This document shows positions 7,951 to 16,936 of a DNA stretch of 42,489 nt, piece after piece (the stretch's first letter is position 1; each line of letters begins with the position of its first letter). This DNA comes from a virus (Duplodnaviria; Caudoviricetes): the IMG/VR virus record IMGVR_UViG_3300037605_000001, positions 1 through 42,489 of that record; one strand, given 5' to 3'. A model generated the notes under the pieces. That model saw only the letters and a program-made list of their open reading frames with translations. It was not told the DNA's origin and did no database searches. The position numbers were made by a program, and so were the translations under genes.

Positions 7951-9787
7951 AAGAATCTTCTTCGCTGACTGTGAGGGAGATAACTTTCTGGAAGACATCT
8001 CGACGATGTGGACTATCCAGATCGCTCAAGAGGTCGATGCCCCGGTCGAGGTCTTTGCGGACCAACCGGGATACAAGCCCCTGAAGCAAGGCATGGAACT
8101 GTTGATGGAGTGCGATAAGGTCGTATTCCACAACGGCTTCGGCTTTGACTTCTGGGCGCTGAACAAGGTCGTCGGGGAGCGGTATAACCTGTTCCTCGAC
8201 CGCCACCAGATCATCGACTCCCTCATCATCAGCCGACTGATCGACAGCACGTCCAAGCGCCACTCCCTCGCTGAACTGGGTGAGAACCTAGGGTTCCGCA
8301 AGGGCGACCACCATGACTTCTCTCAGTTCTCTGAAGAGATGGTCAAGTATGGCAAGCAGGATGTGCGTATCCTTCAAGAGGCGTGGAAGCTGCCTTCGCA
8401 GAGACGCAAGGTTTCAAAGGTCCCGTCCTTTGGCAAGTTCTACGACACCTTCAAGCCCGCCTGTGAGACTGAGTTTCAGACCGCCTATGTGATCGAAAAG
8501 CAGTCCCAGCATGGCTTCAGGTTCGACTACGAGTCGGCCCAGATGCTTGAGGCGGAACTGAGGCACGAACAGAAGCAACTCGAAAGGGACCTTCAGAAGA
8601 TTTTCCCCCCGATCACGCATGAGCGTTACTCGGAGAAGACAGGGAAGCGCCTGAAGGACAAGATCGAAGTCTTCAACCCCGGTTCCCGTGACCAGATCGC
8701 TGACCGCTTGATCACCAAATACAAGTGGAAGCCGATTGACCTGACACCCACCAAGAAGCCCAAGATTGACGAGACGATCCTTGACGCCCTGCCCTACCCT
8801 GAGGCCAAGGAGATTGCTCGGTATATGACCTTGGGCAAGAAGCTGGGTCAGGTGGCCGATGGCGACAACGCTTGGCTCAAGATGGCGAAGCCCAAACCTG
8901 ATGGGTCCTTCTACATCCACGGTCGCATCAACACCCTTGGTGCTCGGACACACCGGATGTCTCACTTTGCGCCAAACTTGGCACAGGTGGACTCCGACCC
9001 TCGCATGAGGTCCCTGTTCCTAGCTGACCCTGACCACTTCCTGATCGGTGTGGACGCTGAGGGTCTGGAACTGAGGGAACTCGCCCACTTCCTCTACCCC
9101 TATGACCAAGGCCGCTACGTCGAGATTGTTCACAGCGGCGACAAGTCCAAAGGGACTGACATCCACACGATGAACATGAAGGCGGCTGAGTTGTTCCTCA
9201 GGGACAGCGCCAAGACCATGATCTATGCCCACAACTATGGGTGCTTCGACAAGAAGCTGGGTCAGATCGTCATGGACGATGCCAAGGCCGCTGGACAGCC
9301 CACTCCTGAGGGGTCCCTGAGCGCCATTGGTGCCCGCCTCCGGTCCAAGATCGAGGTTGGCATTGTCGGTCTGGGGGAACTGATTGCCAAGTGCAAGCGC
9401 ACCCACGGCAAGATGAAGGCCCTCCCCGGCCACGATGGACGCTGGATACCTTCAGCCTCCGATCACTCTGCCCTGAACACCCTGCTTCAAGGCAACGGTT
9501 CAATCGTCATGAAGAAGGCTCTGGTCATCTTCGAAGACGAACTTGAGAAGCTGCAACTGTTGGACAAGGTGCTCTACTGCGCCAACGTCCACGACGAGTT
9601 TCAGCTATCGGTTCACCCTGACCTCGTGACCTACCACGGTGACGACGACAAGGGCCGACCGATCTACACAAGCCCAATCGCTGAGTTGGGCCGTGAGAGC
9701 ATCACCAAAGCTGGTGAGGCGCTGGGGGTTCGTTGCCCTCTGGTCGGTTCTGCCGACATCGGACGTAGCTGGGCCGATACACACTAA
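7943..9787 (+). CDS. DNA polymerase, family A (T7 gp5-like)
   Basis: Exonuclease motifs DCE, HNGFGFD, YGKQD; polymerase motifs DAEGLELR, RDSAKTMIY, VHDE. TTG 7943 follows GGAGG. Confidence 0.96.
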   Translation: MSERIFFADCEGDNFLEDISTMWTIQIAQEVDAPVEVFADQPGYKPLKQGMELLMECDKVVFHNGFGFDFWALNKVVGERYNLFLDRHQIIDSLIISRLIDSTSKRHSLAELGENLGFRKGDHHDFSQFSEEMVKYGKQDVRILQEAWKLPSQRRKVSKVPSFGKFYDTFKPACETEFQTAYVIEKQSQHGFRFDYESAQMLEAELRHEQKQLERDLQKIFPPITHERYSEKTGKRLKDKIEVFNPGSRDQIADRLITKYKWKPIDLTPTKKPKIDETILDALPYPEAKEIARYMTLGKKLGQVADGDNAWLKMAKPKPDGSFYIHGRINTLGARTHRMSHFAPNLAQVDSDPRMRSLFLADPDHFLIGVDAEGLELRELAHFLYPYDQGRYVEIVHSGDKSKGTDIHTMNMKAAELFLRDSAKTMIYAHNYGCFDKKLGQIVMDDAKAAGQPTPEGSLSAIGARLRSKIEVGIVGLGELIAKCKRTHGKMKALPGHDGRWIPSASDHSALNTLLQGNGSIVMKKALVIFEDELEKLQLLDKVLYCANVHDEFQLSVHPDLVTYHGDDDKGRPIYTSPIAELGRESITKAGEALGVRCPLVGSADIGRSWADTH

Positions 9788-9789
9788 CC

Positions 9790-9827
9790 AGTCTCAATAA
9801 CGGTCCTCACTAGGACATAGAAACCCG
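9790..9827 (+). promoter_or_regulatory. 38-bp repeat, putative phage RNAP promoter (copy 2)
   Basis: Identical to 3613-3650. Confidence 0.7.
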
Positions 9828-9860
9828 GTCTGTATTGGACCAATCCAAAGGAGAGAAGAA

Positions 9861-10385
9861 ATGAATGTTGGTGATCGCGTCAAGCCTGTCGCTACTTTTG
9901 AGTTCGGTCTGTATGCGGGTCCTGATGACCTGAACGACCGTGGGACCATCGTTGAGGTCCACCCGCCGTTTGGCGAAACCTACGGCCCCATTGCGATTGT
10001 CCAGTGGGACGAGGGCCGGAAGTCGGACCATGCGACCTTCGCTGATCGTGGTGCTGGCCTCACCGCATACCGTGAGTTCGGCGTTGTGCTGGTCGAAGAG
10101 GAAGCTGAAGAGGCAACCGAGGAAGAGGCAACTGATGTGGCTGAGGAAGCCACCCCCGCCAATACCCATGAGTTCCCCATCGGGACTCGTGTGAAGCCTG
10201 TCGAGACATTCGACTTCGACAACTTCGTCGGTCCTGCGGATGTCAACGATGAGGGGACGGTCGTGGGTTACGACCTCGACGGTGATCCTGTCGTGGAGTG
10301 GGATCGTGGCCGCCGTGCCAACCACCTGACCAACGACAACCACCCTGACTACGACTTCGCTGAGTTCGGGGTCGTCAAGGTATGA
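9861..10385 (+). CDS. hypothetical acidic protein with a duplicated domain
   Basis: Two similar halves: RVKPV...GP.D.ND.GT.V...V.WD.GR...H.T...EFGVV.V. Confidence 0.85.
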   Translation: MNVGDRVKPVATFEFGLYAGPDDLNDRGTIVEVHPPFGETYGPIAIVQWDEGRKSDHATFADRGAGLTAYREFGVVLVEEEAEEATEEEATDVAEEATPANTHEFPIGTRVKPVETFDFDNFVGPADVNDEGTVVGYDLDGDPVVEWDRGRRANHLTNDNHPDYDFAEFGVVKV

Positions 10386-11134
10386 CCAAGATCACAGCCT
10401 TCATTGACGCAGATATTCTGCTTCATCGGGCTGTGTCATTCGTGGACCGTGAGTTCGACGGGGAGAAGATGAACGACTGGAAGCGGTCGGTCTGGTTCTT
10501 CGACTCCCTGTTCGACAAGTGGATGAAGGAAATTGGAAAGGTGGACGACTGGTATCTGGTCGTCTCACCACCCAAGAACTTCCGCCACGACCTCTACGCT
10601 GACTACAAAGGCAACCGGAAGGACATTGAGCCTCACCCGACCTTTGTGATGCTGAAAGAGGAAATCAAGGACAGACAGGGGACGATCTGGGAGGATAACC
10701 TAGAGGCAGATGACCTGATCGGTATCCGATGCTCCGAGGACCCCAAGGGGACTCTGGCTGTATCTGCCGACAAGGACTTTGCAACTGTCCCCTGTCGTCT
10801 CCTGATCCCAACCTCACATGGGGCCAAAGCGCCCACCAAGAAGACCTTCTCTGAAGCTGAAGCGAACCGGAACTGGCTGATCCAGACCATGACCGGGGAC
10901 ACCATCGACAATTACAAAGGCATACCGGGGATTGGACCCAAGAAGGCCGAGGCAATCATCCCTCGCCCAGCGCCTTTGAAGCAGATGTGGGGAAGCGTCA
11001 GACAAGCCTTCTTGGACAAAGGAATGACTGAGGCTGATGCCATTCAGATGGCTCGTCTCGCCCGAATCCTCCGTCATGGAGACTACGATTTTGAGAAGAA
11101 GGAAGTGAACCTATGGCACCCAAGTTCCCTGTAG
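10382..11134 (+). CDS. 5'-3' exonuclease (T7 gp6-like)
   Basis: DAD, YKGNR, EADD, DKD, GDTIDNYKGIPGIG. Confidence 0.93.
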   Translation: MTKITAFIDADILLHRAVSFVDREFDGEKMNDWKRSVWFFDSLFDKWMKEIGKVDDWYLVVSPPKNFRHDLYADYKGNRKDIEPHPTFVMLKEEIKDRQGTIWEDNLEADDLIGIRCSEDPKGTLAVSADKDFATVPCRLLIPTSHGAKAPTKKTFSEAEANRNWLIQTMTGDTIDNYKGIPGIGPKKAEAIIPRPAPLKQMWGSVRQAFLDKGMTEADAIQMARLARILRHGDYDFEKKEVNLWHPSSL

Positions 11135-11724
11135 GGAGTCGAGTGATCTGCGTTGACAACACGGGAATCTACAAGTCCCGCTACACCAAGGGCAAGGTCT
11201 ACGTTGTCCAAGAACACAAGCCTGAGCATCAGAACCCTGACTGGGAAGATGGCGTCACCATCAAAGGTGATGATGGCATGGTCTATTGGACCTATGACTG
11301 GCGTTGGAAGCTGGCCGACGAATGGAACGCATCTGAGGCTGACTTTGCCGACCAAGACATCCTGGCCTCAGGCAACCCCAAGGACCTGATCGGCGTCAAG
11401 AAGCCCAGCTTCGAGTTCATCCCGATGGCTACGGTCATGCAAACCAACGAAGCCTTCCGTGATGGAGCGGCCAAGTATGGTGCGTTCAACTGGCGTCAGT
11501 CCAAGGTTCGGGCTGATGTCTACTACAACGCCGCCCTGCGTCACATCACCCAGTGGTATCTTGGGAACGACAAAGCGTCCGACTCCAAGATCGACCACCG
11601 TGCTCATGCAATCGCCTGTCTGATGATCCTGATGGATGCTGAGGAACAGGGATCGCTGATCGACAATCGCCCGAAGGTGGGCGTCCCGCTGGATGAGTTC
11701 ATCCAAGCGAACACGAAGGACTGA
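11113..11724 (+). CDS. DUF5664-type dATP/dGTP diphosphohydrolase-domain protein
   Basis: NPKD..G..K, GAAKYGAFNWR, AALRH and H.AHAIACLMIL motifs. Confidence 0.8.
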   Translation: MAPKFPVGSRVICVDNTGIYKSRYTKGKVYVVQEHKPEHQNPDWEDGVTIKGDDGMVYWTYDWRWKLADEWNASEADFADQDILASGNPKDLIGVKKPSFEFIPMATVMQTNEAFRDGAAKYGAFNWRQSKVRADVYYNAALRHITQWYLGNDKASDSKIDHRAHAIACLMILMDAEEQGSLIDNRPKVGVPLDEFIQANTKD

Positions 11725-11727
11725 CCG

Positions 11728-11919
11728 ATGACCGAACTCAAGCTGAAGGATGTTGATCATCCCTCGAAAGACTTCATGACGGTGGGCCTGAACCCCGATG
11801 GGTCCATTCATTTCATGGTGATCGACACTGTGAACAGAGGTATGCCCCGCTTCACCAGCATCAGCAAGACCGATGCCGTGGTTCTGGCCCACAAGCTGAT
11901 GGAGTGGGCCAAAGCCTGA
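11728..11919 (+). CDS. hypothetical protein
   Basis: AAGGA RBS; tightly packed with neighbours. Confidence 0.7.
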   Translation: MTELKLKDVDHPSKDFMTVGLNPDGSIHFMVIDTVNRGMPRFTSISKTDAVVLAHKLMEWAKA

Positions 11920-11946
11920 CCTTTAGACCAATCCAAAGGAGCACTT

Positions 11947-12213
11947 ATGGCTGACTTGAAACTCGACCTGAACTGGGACTTGGAGGACGGTAAGATCGTC
12001 TTCTATGTCTCTTCAGGTGATGCCGAACTGGCACAACTGGTCCTCGACCAAGAGACGATTTTGGAGTCATTCCAAGCCGACATGGACGACTTGGAGTTCG
12101 CTGACAGCCAAGTGTCTCCTGAGGACTGGACTGACTTCGCTGAAAGCCTTCAGGACATCTCTGAGGCAATCTTTGACACCCTCGCAACACGGAACATTCG
12201 CTATGCAGGTTGA
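11947..12213 (+). CDS. small highly acidic protein
   Basis: AAAGGAG RBS; about 22 D/E versus 4 K/R in 88 aa. Confidence 0.75.
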   Translation: MADLKLDLNWDLEDGKIVFYVSSGDAELAQLVLDQETILESFQADMDDLEFADSQVSPEDWTDFAESLQDISEAIFDTLATRNIRYAG

Positions 12214-12934
12214 ACTTCTGTCCCACTGGGGCGATGACCTTACGGTCGTGAATAACGCAAGGGTTTCCTTCGACAAGGAGTCCCTCGAACTCTCCCAGCA
12301 GGACATCCGCCTGATCGGTTATCTGGCCCGTGGATGCACCTTGGGTGATTACGAAACCATGCTGGCCGAACTGGCGGTAACTGGTGAGGTCGAAGAAATC
12401 TCTCATATCGTGGATCACTGGCGGAAGACCCCGACACACTGGGCACCCTTCGCCAATGGTGTTGGCGCTCGGTTCCGAGTCAAACTTCCAATCCCGATGA
12501 TGCGTCAACTCTTCAAACACAAGGTTGGCTCGGTCGAGTCCGAGGTCAGCCGCCGCTACGTTGACTATCAGCCTGAGGTCTTCAAGCCTTTCTGGCGCAA
12601 GGCCGCTGACAACGTGAAGCAGGGTTCCGGTGGTCGGTTCTATGGAAAGAACCAAGAGGCCATTACGGAAGCCTACGAAGTGTCGATCCAACTGGCCCTG
12701 AAGACCTATCAGGACATGATCGCCAAAGGCGTCTGCCCCGAACAGGCCCGCTTCGTTCTGCCTCAGGGTGCTTACTCCGAGGCAATCATTTCCCATTCGC
12801 TCTACGGATGGGCCAACGTCTTCAACCAGAGGACGGACCCCCATGCCCAGCAAGAGATTGCTGAGGTCGCACGTCAGGTGGGCAATGCCCTAGCACAGGA
12901 GTTCCCAGTCTCATGGGACGCACTGACCGCCTGA
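12203..12934 (+). CDS. thyX: flavin-dependent thymidylate synthase
   Basis: NNARVSF, HWAPF, RQLFKH...EVSRRY, PEQARFVLP, HAQQEI. Probable start ATG 12203. Confidence 0.93.
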   Translation: MQVELLSHWGDDLTVVNNARVSFDKESLELSQQDIRLIGYLARGCTLGDYETMLAELAVTGEVEEISHIVDHWRKTPTHWAPFANGVGARFRVKLPIPMMRQLFKHKVGSVESEVSRRYVDYQPEVFKPFWRKAADNVKQGSGGRFYGKNQEAITEAYEVSIQLALKTYQDMIAKGVCPEQARFVLPQGAYSEAIISHSLYGWANVFNQRTDPHAQQEIAEVARQVGNALAQEFPVSWDALTA

Positions 12935-13056
12935 AGCTGATCAGGACCGAAGCGGAGTGCTCATGTGGCTTCCGTGTCGGTCGGATCGTTCAGGGGACCA
13001 CACAGGTCCTCTGTCTTGACTGCAAATCACTGATCCAAATCGAGGACAAACGATGA
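12913..13056 (+). CDS. 47-aa zinc-ribbon protein, Com-like
   Basis: MGRTDRLKLIRTEAECSCGFRVGRIVQGTTQVLCLDCKSLIQIEDKR; AGGAG RBS; stop overlaps next ATG. Not in the ORF track. Confidence 0.65.
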   Translation: MGRTDRLKLIRTEAECSCGFRVGRIVQGTTQVLCLDCKSLIQIEDKR

Positions 13057-13241
13057 TCGAAACCGCAAAGATGCGTCACCTTGCTGCCAAGCTGCGGCAG
13101 ATGTGGGGCAACAACCCCGACTCCATCCTGATCGAAGAAGCAGCAGCTTTCATCGACGGTCTGGACACCCCGGCTGAGGCTGAAGCCCAGTCTAAAGAAA
13201 CCCCCAAGACAGCGCCGAAGCGCGCCACGAAGGAGAAGTGA
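13053..13241 (+). CDS. hypothetical protein
   Basis: GAGGA RBS and ATGA overlap. Confidence 0.7.
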   Translation: MIETAKMRHLAAKLRQMWGNNPDSILIEEAAAFIDGLDTPAEAEAQSKETPKTAPKRATKEK

Positions 13242-13242
13242 A

Positions 13243-13806
13243 ATGAGCCTTGCAAAGAACATGCCGGGAATTGGCCCGAAGATCGCCGTGATGGTTGAAG
13301 AGTTCATGACCGCAATGGGTCAGGATGCGGACATCATGCGTCAGTTGACCCTGATCGAAGAAGAGTCGATGGAAGTGGTCGAGGCAGCGGCACTGATGGA
13401 CATCAACCCGTCCATCGAAACGGCTGAAGCCTTCCTGAAGGAAGTGGCCGACTACTACTATGTCAACATGGGCCTGATGCTCCTGATCGACATCGTGGGT
13501 TCGGCTGAGGCCGAGGCTTGCCTTCGCACCGAGAAGGGCATGAACGCCTTCGCCACCATGCAGTTCGCTGGTCAGTTCGTGGAAGTCGCTGGTCGTCAGT
13601 TCTTGAACGACAGCTTGGTGCTCGAAGCCATCACCGAAGTCCACCGCTCGAACATGAGCAAGCTGGGTGATGATGGTCTGCCGATCCGCCGTGAGGACGG
13701 GAAGATTCTGAAGGGTCCGAACTATCAGGCCCCCGACCTGAGCAACCTCGCTGGCACCGTTCTGGAAGGCTTCTTGGACTTCCGCCGCCCCAGCCGCGCA
13801 GCATAA
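13243..13806 (+). CDS. MazG-like nucleoside triphosphate pyrophosphohydrolase
   Basis: LIEEESME...KEVAD and EVHRSNMSKL...REDGKILKGPNY. Confidence 0.88.
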   Translation: MSLAKNMPGIGPKIAVMVEEFMTAMGQDADIMRQLTLIEEESMEVVEAAALMDINPSIETAEAFLKEVADYYYVNMGLMLLIDIVGSAEAEACLRTEKGMNAFATMQFAGQFVEVAGRQFLNDSLVLEAITEVHRSNMSKLGDDGLPIRREDGKILKGPNYQAPDLSNLAGTVLEGFLDFRRPSRAA

Positions 13807-13814
13807 CACCCCGG

Positions 13815-13850
13815 CCCTCCCTTGGATCAGTCTAAGGGAGGGTCTTTTTT
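13815..13850 (+). terminator. terminator built on the genome-wide palindrome
   Basis: CCCTCCCTTGGA-TCAG-TCTAAGGGAGGG followed by TCTTTTTT. Confidence 0.75.
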
Positions 13851-13886
13851 GTCAACCGGAGAGAGACTGGAAAAACAAGGAAAAGA

Positions 13887-15605
13887 ATGAGTTTCAAATC
13901 CAACGTCAACCCGATGTTCCGCTCGAAGTTCAGCGAGGACATCTTCAATCACAAATACGCCCATGCCGCAGACTATGCTGGTGCTGAGACATGGGAGAGG
14001 CTGGCATGGACCTTGGTGCAAGATGTCTGTGGCGACTACATGGCACCGTCAGAGATGGAAGTCCTCTATGAGGCAATCCGTGACCTGAAGTTCATCCCCG
14101 GTGGACGCTACCTGTATTACGCTGGCCGACCGCACAAGTTCTTCAACAACTGCTACCTGCTTCGGGCTGAAGAAGACAGCCGTGAGGACTGGGCCAATGT
14201 CTCTTGGAAAGCCGAGAGCGCCCTGATGACTGGTGGCGGTATCGGTGTGGACTACAGTGTCTACCGAGAGGAAGGTGCTGTCATCAAACGGACTGGTGGG
14301 TTTGCCTCAGGTCCGATCCCCAAGATGCAGATGATCAACGAGATTGGCCGTAGGGTCATGCAAGGGGGTTCCCGCAGATCGGCTATCTATGCCTCTCTGG
14401 ACCGGACGCACCCTGATGTCTTCAAGTTCCTCGTCTCGAAGAACTGGGATGAGATGCCTGTGGGTAACACTGGTCAGACCCTATGGGACATCAAGCAGGA
14501 TGACTTCAACTTCCCTGCCCCGATGGACATGACCAACATCTCGGTCAACTACAAGACGGACTGGCTGAAGGTCAAGGGTGATCCTTGGACGGATGGTGAG
14601 TGGTCTGGCGACCATACCGATCCTGTCTTCGTCAAGAACGTGGAACAGGCCCTTCGGACTGCCGAACCGGGGTTCAGCTTCAACTTCTTCGACAAGGAGA
14701 ATGAGACGCTGAGGAACGCTTGCACTGAGGTCACATCCGAGGACGACTCTGATGTCTGTAACCTTGGGTCCCTGAACATGGGCCGGATCGAAAGCATCTC
14801 TGAGTTCCATCGGATCACCGAACTGGCAACCAAGTTCCTGATCTGTGGCACCCTGAAGGCCGAACTGCCTTATGAGAAGGTCTACCAGACTCGTGAGAAG
14901 AACCGCCGACTGGGCCTTGGCCTCATGGGCGTTCACGAGTGGCTTCTGAAGCGTGGCTATCGTTATGAGGTCACACCTGAACTGCACAACTGGCTTGGGG
15001 TCTACCGTGATGTCTCGAAAAATACTTCTGACAAGTTCGCAGACCAGCTTGGCGTTAGTCGCCCTGTTGCACAGCGGGCAATCGCTCCCACAGGTAGTAT
15101 TGGTATTCTCGCCGGAACAACCACCGGGATCGAACCCCTGTTTGCCGTTGCCTACAAGCGGCGATACCTGAAGGGATCGAATGACTGGCACTATCAGTAT
15201 GTGGTCGATGGAACGGCCCAAGAACTGATCGACCAGTATGGACTGAACCCTGACCAGATCGAATCCGCTGGTGATCTTGCGACCGACTATGAGCGCCGGA
15301 TCAAGTTCCAAGCTGACGTTCAGGACTACGTTGATCAGGCAATCTCGTCCACGATCAACCTCCCCTCGTGGGGGTCTGAACACAACAACCCTGACACGGT
15401 GCCTGAGTTCGCTCGGACACTGGCCCGCTACGCACCCCGCTTGCGTGGCTTCACATGCTATCCAGATGGTGCCCGTGGGGGCCAACCCCTCACCCACGTC
15501 CCCTACTCGGAAGCTGTGACCTACCTTGGTCAGGAGTTCTCTGAGAGCGTCCAGACACATGACATCTGCGACATCTCTGGCAAGGGCGGGAGTTGTGGCG
15601 TCTGA
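13887..15605 (+). CDS. nrdJ: ribonucleotide reductase, probably class II (B12-dependent)
   Basis: PGGR, NNCY, NACTE, CNLGS, IAPTGS, C-terminal Cys pair; no beta-subunit gene in the window. Confidence 0.88.
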   Translation: MSFKSNVNPMFRSKFSEDIFNHKYAHAADYAGAETWERLAWTLVQDVCGDYMAPSEMEVLYEAIRDLKFIPGGRYLYYAGRPHKFFNNCYLLRAEEDSREDWANVSWKAESALMTGGGIGVDYSVYREEGAVIKRTGGFASGPIPKMQMINEIGRRVMQGGSRRSAIYASLDRTHPDVFKFLVSKNWDEMPVGNTGQTLWDIKQDDFNFPAPMDMTNISVNYKTDWLKVKGDPWTDGEWSGDHTDPVFVKNVEQALRTAEPGFSFNFFDKENETLRNACTEVTSEDDSDVCNLGSLNMGRIESISEFHRITELATKFLICGTLKAELPYEKVYQTREKNRRLGLGLMGVHEWLLKRGYRYEVTPELHNWLGVYRDVSKNTSDKFADQLGVSRPVAQRAIAPTGSIGILAGTTTGIEPLFAVAYKRRYLKGSNDWHYQYVVDGTAQELIDQYGLNPDQIESAGDLATDYERRIKFQADVQDYVDQAISSTINLPSWGSEHNNPDTVPEFARTLARYAPRLRGFTCYPDGARGGQPLTHVPYSEAVTYLGQEFSESVQTHDICDISGKGGSCGV

Positions 15606-15819
15606 CGCTGCCCAGCGCCTCATAGACTCGTTCTCTGAGTATGGTGATGACTTCACCCCCGACCTCGTGGTCGAGACACTCAGGGAACGGGCGAGGCTCA
15701 ACGACGATGAGTTTCTGGAAATCCTCTGTGACCTGATTGAGGGTCTTTGGGATGAGGTCAAGAGGCAGAGGCACATCGTCAATGTCCTAATGGATCGCAA
15801 GAGGAAACCTAAGAGATGA
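15595..15819 (+). CDS. hypothetical protein
   Basis: GTG 15595 after GGGAG, overlapping the RNR end. Confidence 0.6.
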   Translation: MASDAAQRLIDSFSEYGDDFTPDLVVETLRERARLNDDEFLEILCDLIEGLWDEVKRQRHIVNVLMDRKRKPKR

Positions 15820-16019
15820 CCCAAGCTGAAGATGGATACGAACTGATTGGATGGATCGCCAGAGGGATGGATAGCTACACCAGTGGTAGGTATTCGTCTT
15901 CGGCTGATGTCCGAGTTCCTCCCAAGATTTACAGGACCGAGGCTGTAGCCAGCCGATACGGGAAAGCCCGTCCGGTCTATATCAAGGTGGACAAACCTGA
16001 TGACCAAGAAGCGGCGTAA
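15816..16019 (+). CDS. hypothetical protein
   Basis: ATGA overlap. Confidence 0.65.
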   Translation: MTQAEDGYELIGWIARGMDSYTSGRYSSSADVRVPPKIYRTEAVASRYGKARPVYIKVDKPDDQEAA

Positions 16020-16311
16020 GGAAACTCCCAGAGATACCATGTGGCGGCTGATCGGGGACAACCCCAACCTGTCTGTCCCTTGGTATCTCATGGCGTCCTA
16101 CGCCTACTACGAACTGGACGAACCCTTCCTACCTGATGCTGACTTCGATGCCTTGGCTTCGTTCATGCTTGAGGACTGGGAGAACATTCAACACAGGCAC
16201 AAGCACTTGATCACTGAGGATGACCTCAGGGCTGGAACCCTGCTTCGGCGGGACTTCCCAGAGATAGTCAAGGGTGCTGCCTTAGACATAATCCAAAGGA
16301 GCAAAGTATGA
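16000..16311 (+). CDS. protein resembling the N-terminal Ia domain of NAD-dependent DNA ligase
   Basis: YAYYELDEPFLPDADFDAL matches YY..D.P...D..YD.L. Confidence 0.65.
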   Translation: MTKKRRKETPRDTMWRLIGDNPNLSVPWYLMASYAYYELDEPFLPDADFDALASFMLEDWENIQHRHKHLITEDDLRAGTLLRRDFPEIVKGAALDIIQRSKV

Positions 16312-16526
16312 CACCGTTTGGCAATGACAGTGAGAAGGTCAAGGTCCATGTGACCATGAAGAGTGGCGAACTGAATATGTTCTTCGAAGTCACTGAGTTG
16401 GAAAAAGAAGATGGTTGGATCATGATCGGTCACACCGTCATCGACTTCCCCGACAAATACCCCCAGTTCACTCTGATCCCTGAGAGCGAAGTCGCCATGA
16501 TCACCGTCAGGGAGGTTCAGTCGTGA
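16308..16526 (+). CDS. hypothetical protein
   Basis: AAAGGAG RBS and ATGA overlap. Confidence 0.7.
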   Translation: MTPFGNDSEKVKVHVTMKSGELNMFFEVTELEKEDGWIMIGHTVIDFPDKYPQFTLIPESEVAMITVREVQS

Positions 16527-16726
16527 GTCGAACCTGCGTTACCGTGACCTTCCGTCAGCCTCAGGCTGGGGAGTCCACTTTCATGAAGGTCCAGAGTGCT
16601 TTGGTGGCACATGGGGCCATAGCAATCCAGCACGTCAACGTGGCCGGGGAAATGGTCACAACGATCTTCCCCCTCGACGTGGTGTGGTCGGTTGACACCT
16701 ACGAACTGCCTGAAAGGGGGAACTGA
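16523..16726 (+). CDS. hypothetical protein
   Basis: GGAGG RBS and GTGA overlap. Confidence 0.7.
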   Translation: MSRTCVTVTFRQPQAGESTFMKVQSALVAHGAIAIQHVNVAGEMVTTIFPLDVVWSVDTYELPERGN

Positions 16727-16830
16727 TGTGGGACCTGCTCTATGGGATGCTGTCCCTGTTGGGTGGCACTACCCTGTTCGTGATCTTCCTCTTCATGACT
16801 TCCTATGCAGTCTGTGGGGGAGGCTTCTGA
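16726..16830 (+). CDS. 34-aa membrane peptide
   Basis: MWDLLYGMLSLLGGTTLFVIFLFMTSYAVCGGGF; TGATG coupling. Confidence 0.55.
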   Translation: MWDLLYGMLSLLGGTTLFVIFLFMTSYAVCGGGF

Positions 16831-16831
16831 A

Positions 16832-16936
16832 ATGAAAGACGCCTTCTTCAACATCATCTTCGGCCTTGGGGTCTTGGGTTTCGCTGTGGTGATGCTCTTG
16901 ATCATCTTGGCCCATGCCATGAGGTCCGACAAATGA
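16832..16936 (+). CDS. 34-aa membrane peptide
   Basis: MKDAFFNIIFGLGVLGFAVVMLLIILAHAMRSDK; GGAGG RBS; stop overlaps next ATG. Confidence 0.6.
   Translation: MKDAFFNIIFGLGVLGFAVVMLLIILAHAMRSDK

Noticed and set aside
11113-13806. 2-aminoadenine (Z-genome) pathway
   Set aside because: No PurZ-like gene in the window.
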